Positions 50,170 through 60,368 are shown, counted from the first letter of the stretch. The stretch is 64,000 nt of DNA from Candidatus Poribacteria bacterium (GCA_965262955.1 CBDHGE010000001.1:848046-912045), one strand, 5' to 3'. Notes: generated by a model not told the origin, from the sequence alone. Program-made: numbers and translations.

Positions 50170-51298
50170 CGGTTCGGGTATTGGGGGTGGGCAACGGAGT
50201 CTCCTGCTCCTGCTTAACCTATTAGACAAGGATCGTTTTACGCCTTTTGTCGGATGTCTTGGTGATAGTGCTTTTGCCACGGAAGTCAGAAAAACAGAGG
50301 CGAGCGTCGTTCCGTTGTCTCTCCCCACTGCACACAATAAAACTGATAAGGTGAAGCGGTTCACACTGCGTGATCTGCTGGAAGATTTTCGACAACTTCA
50401 GGTCATTCCTCAACTCCATAGAATCGTAAAGCGACACGCAATTGATCTTATTCACGCAAACTCGCTCTCAGTGGCACTGTTGGGGGGTATCGTCGCAAGA
50501 ATAAATCGCATCCCGATCCTGATGCACAAACGTTACGCCACTTCCTATGGCATTTTAGACCGGCTCTGCGAAAGACTCCTCCATCGCGTGATTCTGGTGT
50601 CAGAAGCAACCCGTTGGGATTTCGCACCGTCGGTAAAACAAACATTAATCTATAACGGTGTAGATTTAGACGCTTTTCAAGCCTCGTCGAAAGAGGTGGA
50701 AACTCTTCGGACAGAACTCTTTAGTGAAGGATCTGAGGCGTCAGTCCTTGCTGGTGTTGTGACTCGAATTACACCGGAAAAAGGCATCCATTTCTTGGTC
50801 CGTGCGATGTCAGAACTTAAGGGGAAAACATCTATTAAATTGCTGATTGTAGGCGGTCCTTATTTTCAAAAAGATATTGACTATATGGAGGAACTCAAAC
50901 AGGAGGTCGCAGACCTTGGGCTTGAAGATTCAGTCATTTTCACAGGTTTTTTATCGGATACACGGGTTGTAACGAGTTTGCTTGACATTGTATTGGTGCC
51001 GTCTATCATCCCTGAAGCGTGCCCGCGCACTATCATCGAAGCGATGGCGGTAGGCAAACCGGTTATTGCCACGCCGCTCGGTGGTAGCAAAGAACTCGTT
51101 ACACCTGAAACAGGGGTTTTAGTGCCACCCGAAGATGCCTCGGCGATTGCTGATGCCGTTGCAGCTCTCGCAACTGACCAAGAACAATTGAAGGCAATGG
51201 GAAAAACCGCTCGCACGCGCGCCGTGCAGCTATTCAGTAGCGAAAAAAACACCGCCCTAACAGAAACAGTCTACACTGAATTGTTAACGGCATCTTGA
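50123..51298 (+). CDS. GT4-family glycosyltransferase
   Basis: GT-B fold with the EACPRTIIEAMAVGKPVIATPLGGSKELV motif. The start overlaps the tsaE 3' end. Confidence 0.75.
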   Translation: MKTSDTLKSNILYLDSGSGIGGGQRSLLLLLNLLDKDRFTPFVGCLGDSAFATEVRKTEASVVPLSLPTAHNKTDKVKRFTLRDLLEDFRQLQVIPQLHRIVKRHAIDLIHANSLSVALLGGIVARINRIPILMHKRYATSYGILDRLCERLLHRVILVSEATRWDFAPSVKQTLIYNGVDLDAFQASSKEVETLRTELFSEGSEASVLAGVVTRITPEKGIHFLVRAMSELKGKTSIKLLIVGGPYFQKDIDYMEELKQEVADLGLEDSVIFTGFLSDTRVVTSLLDIVLVPSIIPEACPRTIIEAMAVGKPVIATPLGGSKELVTPETGVLVPPEDASAIADAVAALATDQEQLKAMGKTARTRAVQLFSSEKNTALTETVYTELLTAS

Positions 51299-51316
51299 TA
51301 CGTCAAAGGAATTATT

Positions 51317-52342
51317 ATGGATGGAAACAGAAAAAAAAATATCAGCCCACCGCAGGGCACCCAAGTGAGCCAGGGGCAGGTAAGACAGGTATCCCAGTTG
51401 TTTGGTGAAGACATCAGCAGTACGCCAGAATGGGTAGAAATTCATCGCACCGATGATGACTGGGAAGTTAAGTTGGTCCAAGCCACGCTGAGTGCACAAC
51501 AGATCCGGTGCAGACCGGTTGAATTAAAAGAGGAACGCCAAACGGTACTTCTCGTGGAACCGGAACACGAAGTGGAAGCCATGGAACTGGTCAGTCGGAT
51601 CGGCGTAGCCGTCACGGATAATGAAATGGCGATGCGGTCTGAGGAGGCAGCGGAGGCTCTCAAACAACGGGATATGGCTGTTGCTCAGGAGGAAACACAA
51701 CAACCCATCTCTGAGGATTCGACAGAGTTACTCATCGCTGAACGGGAAGGTATCGGCAGTGTTGTCTATATTGCCGAGAAAGGCTATGAACTCCGCGCGG
51801 GACCTGAACCCTATGTTGTTATTCCAGAAAGTGATTGGGAAGAATTCACGGATTTCAGTGCACAGCGTCAAGAGTTTGTGATCCTTCTCCGCCACGAATA
51901 TCCTGATCTTTATGAGTGGATTCAAGATGGAAAACTATTGGCAGAATTTATCCGTCTCATCGAGATGACCTACCAAGATGGCGCACCGATTCCTGCTTCA
52001 CGCCGGTATAGCGATGGTGCAGATGCGGAAGACGAGGATGTAACGCCATATCACCCGCTTGCACAATTGAGTTTGACTGTTGCAGTGATTTCGTTGATTG
52101 CGGTGCTGTTCCAAGTGCCGTGGTCTGTAAATCTCGTGATGGCTGTAGTGGCGGTCGCATCAGCGGTTGTTGCCAAATATCAGATTGATGCAAGTGACGG
52201 GAAATCGACAGGTATTCCGATGGCATTGGGCGCGATTGTGCTTGCGTGTCTCGTCACTGTTTTTGCGTGGTGGTTGGACCAGCGTCCCGAACCGGTGGAG
52301 CCGCAGCAACCATCGCTCCGCGAGATGGTTGAGGATCGGTAG
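51317..52342 (+). CDS. hypothetical protein: DUF2007-like N-terminal domain plus C-terminal transmembrane helices
   Basis: WVEIHRTDDDWEVKLVQATLSAQQI resembles the DUF2007 (putative signal-transducing) fold. Two C-terminal transmembrane helices. Confidence 0.35.
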   Translation: MDGNRKKNISPPQGTQVSQGQVRQVSQLFGEDISSTPEWVEIHRTDDDWEVKLVQATLSAQQIRCRPVELKEERQTVLLVEPEHEVEAMELVSRIGVAVTDNEMAMRSEEAAEALKQRDMAVAQEETQQPISEDSTELLIAEREGIGSVVYIAEKGYELRAGPEPYVVIPESDWEEFTDFSAQRQEFVILLRHEYPDLYEWIQDGKLLAEFIRLIEMTYQDGAPIPASRRYSDGADAEDEDVTPYHPLAQLSLTVAVISLIAVLFQVPWSVNLVMAVVAVASAVVAKYQIDASDGKSTGIPMALGAIVLACLVTVFAWWLDQRPEPVEPQQPSLREMVEDR

Positions 52343-52449
52343 GTATAGACCATGCTTGTAACCCACCCTATTGAGAAGGTAAAAAGATTGATTTTCTTTC
52401 CCAAATGGGATATAATTTTTCTCAACTTAGCCCAAGGAGGAAAAGCATT

Positions 52450-52692
52450 ATGCCAAAAAGAAGAATCTCTTCCGAGAAAAAACTAACGCAGTTGGATGTC
52501 TCCTTAATTCCAAAGAAACATGGTGAGAAAAAAAATGTTAAAGCAACAAACAATCATCCGCATCAATGCACAAAAATTCGCCGCACAGTCAAACTGCCTC
52601 GTCTTAAGTTAGAGGACCTGGTAGCTCAGGTCACGGAAGAAAACGCACATGAGGAAATCTCTACCGGACCGGCAGTTGGAAATGAAGTCTGA
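52450..52692 (+). CDS. mazE: MazE/ChpS-like antitoxin
   Basis: C-terminus LKLEDLVAQVTEENAHEEISTGPAVGNEV matches the MazE tail. AAGGAGG ribosome-binding site before the ATG at 52450. Confidence 0.6.
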   Translation: MPKRRISSEKKLTQLDVSLIPKKHGEKKNVKATNNHPHQCTKIRRTVKLPRLKLEDLVAQVTEENAHEEISTGPAVGNEV

Positions 52693-52709
52693 TAGGAGTG
52701 CGGTAGTCT

Positions 52710-53141
52710 ATGTCGGAATATATTCCAGATACAGGCGATGTGATATGGATTGATTTTGATCCTCAAAAAGGAAATGAGATTCAGAAGCGTCGTCCTGCGC
52801 TTGTTATCTCTCCACAGATTTATAACAGAACCGCGATGAATTTAGCACTTATCTGCCCAATTACAAGCACGAAGAGAGGCAATCCGTTTGAAGTTGAAAT
52901 TCCAGAGGGGCTAGAAATAGAAGGAGTCATACTTACTGATCAAGCTAAAAGCATGGATTGGCGGGAGAGAAAAGCAACGTTTATTTTCGAAGTACCTGAA
53001 GAGACTGTCCACAAGGTCTTACGAAGAATAGAGGCACTCCTTAAAATAATGGAATCATTCGAGCTTGAAGAAATACTGGAAGATCTACTAGAACGATTTG
53101 GGATCGAGACAGTGATACAAGGTCTACGCGACCTACTTTGA
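52710..53141 (+). CDS. mazF: MazF/PemK-family mRNA interferase toxin with a ~30-aa C-terminal extension
   Basis: GDVIWIDFDPQKGNEIQKRRPALVIS is a canonical PemK/MazF N-terminus. At 143 aa it is longer than the usual ~110. Confidence 0.75.
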   Translation: MSEYIPDTGDVIWIDFDPQKGNEIQKRRPALVISPQIYNRTAMNLALICPITSTKRGNPFEVEIPEGLEIEGVILTDQAKSMDWRERKATFIFEVPEETVHKVLRRIEALLKIMESFELEEILEDLLERFGIETVIQGLRDLL

Positions 53142-53219
53142 CTCTTTCCGTAACACCAAACTTCAATCTTTAGATAAATATAGTATACTTTTCATAATTC
53201 AATCAGAGGTGGTGCTTGT

Positions 53220-55163
53220 GTGCGGAAGGCGGTCATGTCAGAAAAAAGGCATCAAACCCAAATCGGAACCGAAACGACCTCGCTCCTTCTTCCGCTCGCC
53301 ATTGGTGTGGTCCTGATTTTACTCAACGCGTATGGGATTGCATTGGTCAGCGGCATCCACCATTCCCTGAATCCTGCATACGCCTCCCTATTTATCACCC
53401 CAGTTGTCAACCTCTTTTTTGGGGTGATGCTCAATACACTGCTAAAACGTACCCTCCCACAACTTGCCTTGAGCCGCGGACAACTCCTCTTGGTCTACCA
53501 GATGCTGGTTATGCTTTGTGTGGTCTCTGGGCATAACCCGATGGACTTCATCTTGGGGATTCTTGCGCATCCTTTCTGGTTTGCCACCTTTGAAAACGAA
53601 TATGCAACCCTCTTTCATAGGTATATTCCGACTTGGTTTACGGTTCAAGATAAGGGTGCACTCACGGGTTTCTTTGAGGGTAATTCGACCTTATACACAG
53701 CAAGACACCTGTCTGTATGGATAGGTCCGACGCTGCTCTGGTCATTTGTTACATTTGTTCTCTTCTTTATTTTTATATGTTTTAACAGCATTCAACGTGT
53801 GCAGTGGAGTGAACGTGAGCGACTGAGTTATCCGATCGCCCAACTCCCGTTAGAGATGACCACCCCATGCTTTTTCTCAAGAAGATTGTTGTGGCTTGGG
53901 ATTGGCATCTGTGCGGCGGTAGAACTCCTCAATGGATTCCACTATCTCTATCCACCTGTACCCGGTGTGCCTCTCAAAATTCCGGATTTCGGGTCAAAGA
54001 TTTTCACGACGAAGCCATGGAGTGCTATTGGGTGGCTCCCACTCTTCTTTTATCCTTGGGTCATCGCCTTGACCTTTTTTGTGCCGCTTGAACTCTCGTT
54101 TTCGGTCTGGTTTTTCTTTTTGTTCACAAAATTTCAGTTGATTTTAGGAAGCATCGGTGGGTGGAAATCGCTACCCGGTTTTCCGTATTACAATCAACAG
54201 GGAATTGGGGCATGGCTGACACTCGGAATTTTAATCCTATGGGTCAGTCGTAAGCATCTCAAAACGGTGTTTACTATGGCATTGAAGCCTACCACGCCAA
54301 CAAACGAACCGTTTCAATATCGCACCGCTCTGCTCGGGATTCTAATTGGCATTACAATCCTCGTTTTTATCTTCCAGCAGGCTGGTTTGTCTGTGGGGAT
54401 TCTTCTCGCTTTTCTATGCCTCTACTTTCTGATGTCTATCGCTATAACTTATGCACGGGCAGCGGTCGGTGTGCCTTACCATGAGGTGATTTGGACGCAT
54501 CCCCAATTGATGCTCGTATCGGTTTTAGGAGTCCGACGGATTGGCGCGTCAAACTTGACCCTTCTGGCTTTTTTGTATCCGTATGTCCGCGATAACGTCT
54601 CACACCCGATGCCGAGTCAGTTAGAGGGGTTCAAAATCGCGGAACGCTCGTCTGTCTCACAAAAAAAGATGGCGATTGCTATGATTGTTGCTCTATTGGT
54701 TGCCACGCCTGCCTCGTTCTGGGCGTATTTGCATCTCATATATCAGCACGGGGCGGTGCGGACCGAGGGATATATTATCGGTATCGGCTTTGAAACTTTT
54801 GAACGTATGCTGTTGCCGTGGTTGCAGCAATCGCATGCTACGGATAGTACAGGATTGAGTTTTACGGCGTTTGCGTCGTTGTTCACGTTGGGCTTAATGT
54901 TTCTGAGAAGGCAGTTTATTTGGTTTCCCTTTCATCCAGCGGGGTATGCGCTCGGTCTATCAGCAGGGATGGTTTGGGTCTGGAGCGCGGTATGTGTGGG
55001 TTGGATTATCAAGGCAATTATCCTTAAATTTGGTGGATTGCGGCTTTATCGGGAGGCAGCACCGTTTTTTGTTGGGGTGATTTTGGGGGACTTTTTGATT
55101 GGAACGTTTTGGAGTTTGGTAGGTGCCGTCTTTGAAATACCGGTGTATCGGGTGTGGTATTAG
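53220..55163 (+). CDS. large hypothetical polytopic membrane protein
   Basis: More than 14 predicted transmembrane helices. The start may be MSEKRHQ at 53235. Confidence 0.45.
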   Translation: MRKAVMSEKRHQTQIGTETTSLLLPLAIGVVLILLNAYGIALVSGIHHSLNPAYASLFITPVVNLFFGVMLNTLLKRTLPQLALSRGQLLLVYQMLVMLCVVSGHNPMDFILGILAHPFWFATFENEYATLFHRYIPTWFTVQDKGALTGFFEGNSTLYTARHLSVWIGPTLLWSFVTFVLFFIFICFNSIQRVQWSERERLSYPIAQLPLEMTTPCFFSRRLLWLGIGICAAVELLNGFHYLYPPVPGVPLKIPDFGSKIFTTKPWSAIGWLPLFFYPWVIALTFFVPLELSFSVWFFFLFTKFQLILGSIGGWKSLPGFPYYNQQGIGAWLTLGILILWVSRKHLKTVFTMALKPTTPTNEPFQYRTALLGILIGITILVFIFQQAGLSVGILLAFLCLYFLMSIAITYARAAVGVPYHEVIWTHPQLMLVSVLGVRRIGASNLTLLAFLYPYVRDNVSHPMPSQLEGFKIAERSSVSQKKMAIAMIVALLVATPASFWAYLHLIYQHGAVRTEGYIIGIGFETFERMLLPWLQQSHATDSTGLSFTAFASLFTLGLMFLRRQFIWFPFHPAGYALGLSAGMVWVWSAVCVGWIIKAIILKFGGLRLYREAAPFFVGVILGDFLIGTFWSLVGAVFEIPVYRVWY

Positions 55164-55178
55164 GATGGCTGTCGGCAA

Positions 55179-55346
55179 TTAGCAGTTGACCCGTATAGAC
55201 CAAAGAGCTTCGACCTTTTTAAAACACAGTGATGGGTGTCTGGAATTTAGTTGAAGGAGTTGAAATTTCTGAGGGACGCGTCTTTGGACATCGAGTGGGA
55301 GTTTCGCGTAAAATTCCCAAAAATCATCATCGAGAATATGTTCCAT
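55179..55346 (-). pseudogene. truncated RelE/ParE-family toxin remnant (55 codons), paralog of 60102-60368
   Basis: Manual translation MEHILDDDFWEFYAKLPLDVQRRVPQKFQLLQLNSRHPSLCFKKVEALWSIRVNC* aligns with the N-terminal two-thirds of the 88-aa toxin and lacks the C-terminal catalytic part. Its ATG is 1 nt after the antitoxin stop. Confidence 0.55.
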
Positions 55347-55347
55347 A

Positions 55348-55671
55348 CTACAATAATTTCTGTAGTTCCTCTATGCTACGGTATTTGCCTTCTCGATAAT
55401 TCTTAACAGCTTTCTCGGCAAGGCGATCCAGCCGTCCAGCTTTTACGTCTCCCTCAAATTGCTTCTCCCATTCTTCTTCTTCGGCAACAAGTACTTCATG
55501 AAGTTTTTTTTCAAAGGTTTTCAGCAGTACGGATTCTGTAGGTTCCTCGCACTTGACTTTGGGAACATCTGGAATCCAACCAAGCCAGTTCTCACCCTTT
55601 TTTCCGATACGGGCGGTATAGGTCTCCTCAAAAACCTTGTCATGAATTTCGACAGTTTTTATTTTTTCCAT
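55348..55671 (-). CDS. antitoxin with an N-terminal HicB/UPF0150-like domain and a C-terminal addiction-module motif, paralog of 60353-60664
   Basis: YTARIGKKGENWLGWIPDVPKV then WEKQFEGDVKAGRLDRLAEKA. Start MEKIK at 55671 with an AAGGAG ribosome-binding site. Confidence 0.55.
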   Translation of the reverse strand: MEKIKTVEIHDKVFEETYTARIGKKGENWLGWIPDVPKVKCEEPTESVLLKTFEKKLHEVLVAEEEEWEKQFEGDVKAGRLDRLAEKAVKNYREGKYRSIEELQKLL

Positions 55672-55688
55672 GGGTTTTCTCCTTGGGA

Positions 55689-55793
55689 TCAAGTTCGCCA
55701 GATTTTTTCAGAACCTACTTCAAAGGTTACCCTTTCAGGTATCCACTCACCATCTTCAATGCAGTTGAATTCATAGAAGAATTCGTTCTTCAT
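55689..55793 (-). CDS. possible 34-aa small ORF upstream of the antitoxin
   Basis: Manual translation MKNEFFYEFNCIEDGEWIPERVTFEVGSEKIWRT*. No paralog at the second locus. Speculative. Confidence 0.2.
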   Translation of the reverse strand: MKNEFFYEFNCIEDGEWIPERVTFEVGSEKIWRT

Positions 55794-56260
55794 ATATTAC
55801 ACTCCTCAATTTACTGTAGAGAAACTTGATCTCACCAGTTCCAGTCCTTTCACCCACTTGCTATGGTGGGACAATGGCAGAAAGAGAATTGGGTTCCGAT
55901 TCGTAACAGTGCTATACTAAACTGGTAATTAGAATTATATCACAGATTTGCTGTAAAATTAATCGGAATTACTTTATGGTAGGATTTTCAGTTTCTGGGT
56001 GTTGGCAGTAAGCATTTAGTGTAGTGACGGATTGGGTTGAATCGTAGTCTTGTTAAGGAAGACCGGCGAGGTTGGAAAACTTCGCCTACCATGGATAAGA
56101 GATGCGTTCAGCATTCGTTGAGAGGTCTACGCATTATGACAATTCACCACAGTTATATGAGATTTTTAAGTTGACACTTTAACTGATATATGGCAAGGTT
56201 AAAAAAACCGAGATTTTTCAATTCTGTGTAAGATGTGCGAGGTTTCCAGTTCAAGATCCA

Positions 56261-56512
56261 ATGAAAACAATGACCTATAAGGGTTATACCGCAGAAATTA
56301 TCTATAGCCAAGAAGACGAGTGCTTTGTAGGCGATGTTGTGGGTATTGATGATATTATTTGTTTTCACGGTAAGACTGACGAAGAACTACGCGTTGCCTT
56401 TGAAGGCGTGGTAGATCTCTATATTGAAGTCATAGAGGAACGAGAGAATCCATCACAAAAGCATGATGCTGGGGGTTTTTGGGCACGCCTACGTCAAGCA
56501 TTCCATTTGTAG
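56261..56512 (+). CDS. hicB: HicB-family antitoxin; no intact hicA partner found
   Basis: YKGYTAEIIYSQEDECFVGDVVGIDDIICFHGKTDEELRVAFEGVVDLYIE is a HicB/UPF0150 pattern. The upstream 460 nt has only short ORFs. Confidence 0.55.
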   Translation: MKTMTYKGYTAEIIYSQEDECFVGDVVGIDDIICFHGKTDEELRVAFEGVVDLYIEVIEERENPSQKHDAGGFWARLRQAFHL

Positions 56513-56571
56513 AAGCAAACCACTGTCCGTCCATCATTGGGATAAAGTGACAAAAATAAGGAATTTTACTG

Positions 56572-57288
56572 GTGAAGATATGTGTCATTGTTTTTGCTAA
56601 GAATCCGGTGCCGAATCAGGTTAAGACGCGGCTTACACCGACGCTCTCACCAGAACAGGCAGCGACATTATACACGGCGTTCCTCACAGATTGGTGTGAG
56701 ACACTTTCTAAACTCTCTGGCGTAAACTTAATCATTGCTTATACACCCCCAGAAGCACAACGTGAGCTACAAGCGTTAATCGGAGAGGATGCCATCTACA
56801 TCTTGCAAACTGGGATGGATCTTGGGGAACGGCTCACCTCAGCGACACAGTGGGCAGCGGAATACGGATACACAAAGATTTTACTCGTCGGATCGGATAG
56901 TCCGACGCTACCGATTTCATACATCTCACAAGCACTTACACTGCTCAATTCACGGGATGTTGCCATTGGACCGAGTACAGATGGAGGCTATTACCTCATC
57001 GGCTTTTCTGCGGCAAATGTGGCATTGACAGTGCCGTTCGTATTCAAGGACATTGCATGGAGTACGGCAGATGTTTTTCAACAGACTGTGGCGCGCATCC
57101 GTTCGGTAAAGGCGACAGTCGGACTTCTACCACCATGGTACGATATAGATACGGCTGAAGATTTGGCATTTCTGCATGCGCATATATCAGCGATGCGACT
57201 CTCAGGTGATATGGTACAAGCGGTTAGAACAGAATCACTATTAACAGAATTGTTTTTACAAAAAGGAGAACTGATATGGGACAATTAG
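56572..57288 (+). CDS. DUF2064 (TIGR04282-type) glycosyltransferase-like protein
   Basis: MKICVIVFAKNPVPNQVKTRLTPTL...AATLYTAFLTD is the DUF2064 N-terminal signature. Confidence 0.55.
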   Translation: MKICVIVFAKNPVPNQVKTRLTPTLSPEQAATLYTAFLTDWCETLSKLSGVNLIIAYTPPEAQRELQALIGEDAIYILQTGMDLGERLTSATQWAAEYGYTKILLVGSDSPTLPISYISQALTLLNSRDVAIGPSTDGGYYLIGFSAANVALTVPFVFKDIAWSTADVFQQTVARIRSVKATVGLLPPWYDIDTAEDLAFLHAHISAMRLSGDMVQAVRTESLLTELFLQKGELIWDN

Positions 57289-58007
57289 ATGGAAAATTTG
57301 CGATTGTAACGGGCGGAAACCGAGGTATCGGAAGAGGGATTGCGAGAGGACTTGCGGCGGAAGGCGCAACTTTAACCATCGCTGCAAGGGATGCCGACCT
57401 GCTTGAGGAAACCGCTAACGAATTTCGAGCGAACGGCACAAAGGTGCTAACCGTTCCTACGGATGTAACAGACGAGGAACAGATCAAAGCGCTTTTTGAA
57501 AAATCAATGGATGAATATGGACGCTTGGACATCCTCGTAAATAACGCCGGCGCATTTAATGGAGGTCCTATAGGTGAACTCGCAACAGAAGATTGGGACT
57601 GGGTTATCAATGTGAATCTTCGTGCGCCGTTTATCTGTACACGCGAGGCATTCGCAATTATGAAGGCACAAGGAGACGGCGGACGCATCATCAACGTCGG
57701 GAGTATCTCTGCGCATCGTGTGCGTCTTCGGACAGCACCCTACAGTGCCAGTAAATTCGGCATCTGGGGCTTGACCCAAGTAACAGCGTTAGAGGGAAGA
57801 CCGCATGGTATCACAGCAAGCTGCCTGCAACCGGGTAATACCTACGTAGAACGCCATCAAAATCGACCACAGGAACCCATGGAACCGATGATGGATGTTG
57901 ACGACCTCGCACAAGCTGCTGTGCTAATGGCGACCCTCCCACCGAATATCAATATGTTAGAAGCGACTGTTTTGCCTATTGGTCAGCTATACGTTGGACG
58001 AGGCTAA
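57276..58007 (+). CDS. SDR-family oxidoreductase
   Basis: TGGNRGIGRGIA, NNAG, and Y/K in YSASK. Overlaps the preceding gene by 13 nt. Confidence 0.8.
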   Translation: MGQLDGKFAIVTGGNRGIGRGIARGLAAEGATLTIAARDADLLEETANEFRANGTKVLTVPTDVTDEEQIKALFEKSMDEYGRLDILVNNAGAFNGGPIGELATEDWDWVINVNLRAPFICTREAFAIMKAQGDGGRIINVGSISAHRVRLRTAPYSASKFGIWGLTQVTALEGRPHGITASCLQPGNTYVERHQNRPQEPMEPMMDVDDLAQAAVLMATLPPNINMLEATVLPIGQLYVGRG

Positions 58008-58026
58008 CTACAGCCGGAGACACATT

Positions 58027-59250
58027 ATGAAAGTGAATCGGACGCAATTCATGGAAGAAGGTTATCTCGTGGTTCGGGAGGTAATTCCGCCTGAGGAGCT
58101 GGACGCGCTTCGGGAAAGTTATGAATTGATGGTATCGCGTCAGCGAGAACTCTGGTCACGAGAGCGAGCACCCAACGACCCACCGGGTGGTGTATGGGAG
58201 ACTTCCGCACAGCCGCGTCTACTCCTCGGACGCGACCCACTCGCGGGGCATGTTGATGAGAAAACTGCCAGTGCTATCGAAATCTGGGCGCACGAAAACA
58301 TGCAAGGAGTTAGCAGCGAACTTCTCAATACGGAGGATGCAGGCGTTACTGAGATGATGCTCATGTGCAATCCGGTCCGAGACCGTGGTCCCGCTACTTG
58401 GCATCGTGATCATCACCCTATTGATACCGCACCATTACTGGGATATATTGACGATATTGTAGAGACGGGGCCGCGCTACGTCCAGTGGAACCTCTCACTC
58501 TACGACGATAGTGTGCTATGGGTGGTTCCCGGCAGTCATTTACGGGTCAACAGTGAAACGGAAAATGAGCAGTTGTTGGCAGATCCGAAAGTTCCGTTAC
58601 CGGGTGCCGTTCAAACGCATCTTAATGCTGGGGACGGTGTTGTTTACATTCTGCCGATTTTGCACTGGGGCAGCAACTATAGCAGAAAAATGCGGCGGAC
58701 GATTCATGGGGGGTTTGCAAACTATACCCACTATCCAACGTCCGACTATATAGAGTATTTGTCGCCGGAAGTTCAAGATAGGTTCGACCGATGGCATGCA
58801 CGTAGTAACCAAATGAAAGTGTGGTGTGAAGAGGCACTCCGCGCTGCCATCAAAAAGGATGGAACTGCGTATCATACCGCCTTGGAAAAACTGCATCCAG
58901 ACAGAGGCGAAAAAGCGAAGACACTCTCAACCGTATTTTTGTGCAAAGCCGCCTGTTTTGTGGCGATGGTACACGGCTGTGATCTCGCAGATATTCCTGA
59001 TGATCTCAAGAATCGTGGCAAGAGTCCTCACGCTATTACGCTGAATTGGGGACCGTCATTCGCTGAAGAGCGGTTCACGAAAGAGGAGGCATCTGTTCTA
59101 TGGAAACGTTTCAAGCCGCTTGATGCGCTCCTTAAAACCGACGAAGAATTGTATCTACCCGGTTTTCAATCGGGTCCGATGCATTACTATTTTAACGAGA
59201 TGCCTGCTGATTTCGGGGTCGATGATTTCATCAAGACGTGGGAACTATAA
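58027..59250 (+). CDS. phytanoyl-CoA dioxygenase (PhyH)-family Fe(II)/2-oxoglutarate oxygenase
   Basis: WHRDHH (HxD) facial-triad segment and PhyH-like length. Start MKVNRTQF at 58027. Confidence 0.55.
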   Translation: MKVNRTQFMEEGYLVVREVIPPEELDALRESYELMVSRQRELWSRERAPNDPPGGVWETSAQPRLLLGRDPLAGHVDEKTASAIEIWAHENMQGVSSELLNTEDAGVTEMMLMCNPVRDRGPATWHRDHHPIDTAPLLGYIDDIVETGPRYVQWNLSLYDDSVLWVVPGSHLRVNSETENEQLLADPKVPLPGAVQTHLNAGDGVVYILPILHWGSNYSRKMRRTIHGGFANYTHYPTSDYIEYLSPEVQDRFDRWHARSNQMKVWCEEALRAAIKKDGTAYHTALEKLHPDRGEKAKTLSTVFLCKAACFVAMVHGCDLADIPDDLKNRGKSPHAITLNWGPSFAEERFTKEEASVLWKRFKPLDALLKTDEELYLPGFQSGPMHYYFNEMPADFGVDDFIKTWEL

Positions 59251-60039
59251 CTGTAAGCCGAGCATTCCCTTAAGATAGAAATAAGCCTCTTCAGTATAGC
59301 GTGGCAGATTTTCTGGATCTTCGACCTCTAATTCTAAAGTCAAGTCGCCTTGGTAGTCTACCTCTTGGAGCGTCTCAATAATCTGTTTGAGATTCAGATC
59401 ACCACGTCCAATACCGACAGAAACTGTATCAAGATGGTCTTTGAGGTGTACCGCATACAGGCGTGATGCGAACTGACGAATCGCTGCAAGCGTATCAACG
59501 CCAGATGAATGGAAGTGTCCCGTATCTATGCAGACGCCGACCCGTTCGTCAGGAATTGCATCTAAAATGGTTTGGAAATCCGAGGCTTGTTCAAGGACAT
59601 TCCCGTGGTGTGGTTCGAGCGTCAACTTGATTTGACTTTCCGCTGGTATGCGTTGTAGCACCTCGCGGACACAGGCAGTAACTCTGTCCAATGCTCCGGC
59701 GTCTGTTCTGCGTTGTGCGCCGCTTGTTGTTAGATGGGTCGCGCCGAGTCCTTCGGCGACTTCAACGCATCTGGCGATTGCTCCTGCGCGTGTGTCAACA
59801 TCGGCATTGTCCTGCCCACCCCATCCGGGTGGATAGAGTCCAGCACACTTCATCCCAGACGCGTCAATCTTTGACTTCATACCCTCTATATCAAACGCAT
59901 GCGCAGCATCCACACTCCAGATAAGCGGTCCGTGAATTTCCATGAGATGATAGCCGATCTGGGGCGCATATTCTAAAGTGGCGGCTACTTCGTCCTCGGC
60001 GTAACCTCTGTAACAGATAGAGGCACAGATAATGTCCAT
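59245..60039 (-). CDS. sugar phosphate isomerase/epimerase (xylose-isomerase-like TIM barrel)
   Basis: AP_endonuc_2-type motifs (LEPHHGN, IDTGHFH). Confidence 0.65.
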   Translation of the reverse strand: MDIICASICYRGYAEDEVAATLEYAPQIGYHLMEIHGPLIWSVDAAHAFDIEGMKSKIDASGMKCAGLYPPGWGGQDNADVDTRAGAIARCVEVAEGLGATHLTTSGAQRRTDAGALDRVTACVREVLQRIPAESQIKLTLEPHHGNVLEQASDFQTILDAIPDERVGVCIDTGHFHSSGVDTLAAIRQFASRLYAVHLKDHLDTVSVGIGRGDLNLKQIIETLQEVDYQGDLTLELEVEDPENLPRYTEEAYFYLKGMLGLQL

Positions 60040-60101
60040 ATAAACGTCCTTTATTTTCAGTCATCTCAGAAAACAACGAGGAATACAAGCAATTTTCATA
60101 A

Positions 60102-60368
60102 CTATTGTATCAACCGCATGTATTCATCGTGTACTCCGATCCAAAACCAGAAGAAAACTCCCTCTCTTTCATAAGCAAGCGTTCGATAGTTAGCACCGAC
60201 TCTTGCCGACCAATAGGTACGGACCTTTTTTAAAGTTAAAGACGGATGCCTTGGATTTTGTTTCAGTAACTCAAAATTCTTGTCTGCGAGCTGCTGAACA
60301 TAGCGAGGTAGATCTTGGTAGTGCTTCCGAAAACGCTGAGTCTTTATATGTTTTATATTTCTTCGCAT
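60102..60368 (-). CDS. RelE/ParE-family type II toxin
   Basis: WSARVGANYRTLAYEREGVFFWFWIGVHDEY matches the RelE/StbE core. Confidence 0.7.
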   Translation of the reverse strand: MRRNIKHIKTQRFRKHYQDLPRYVQQLADKNFELLKQNPRHPSLTLKKVRTYWSARVGANYRTLAYEREGVFFWFWIGVHDEYMRLIQ

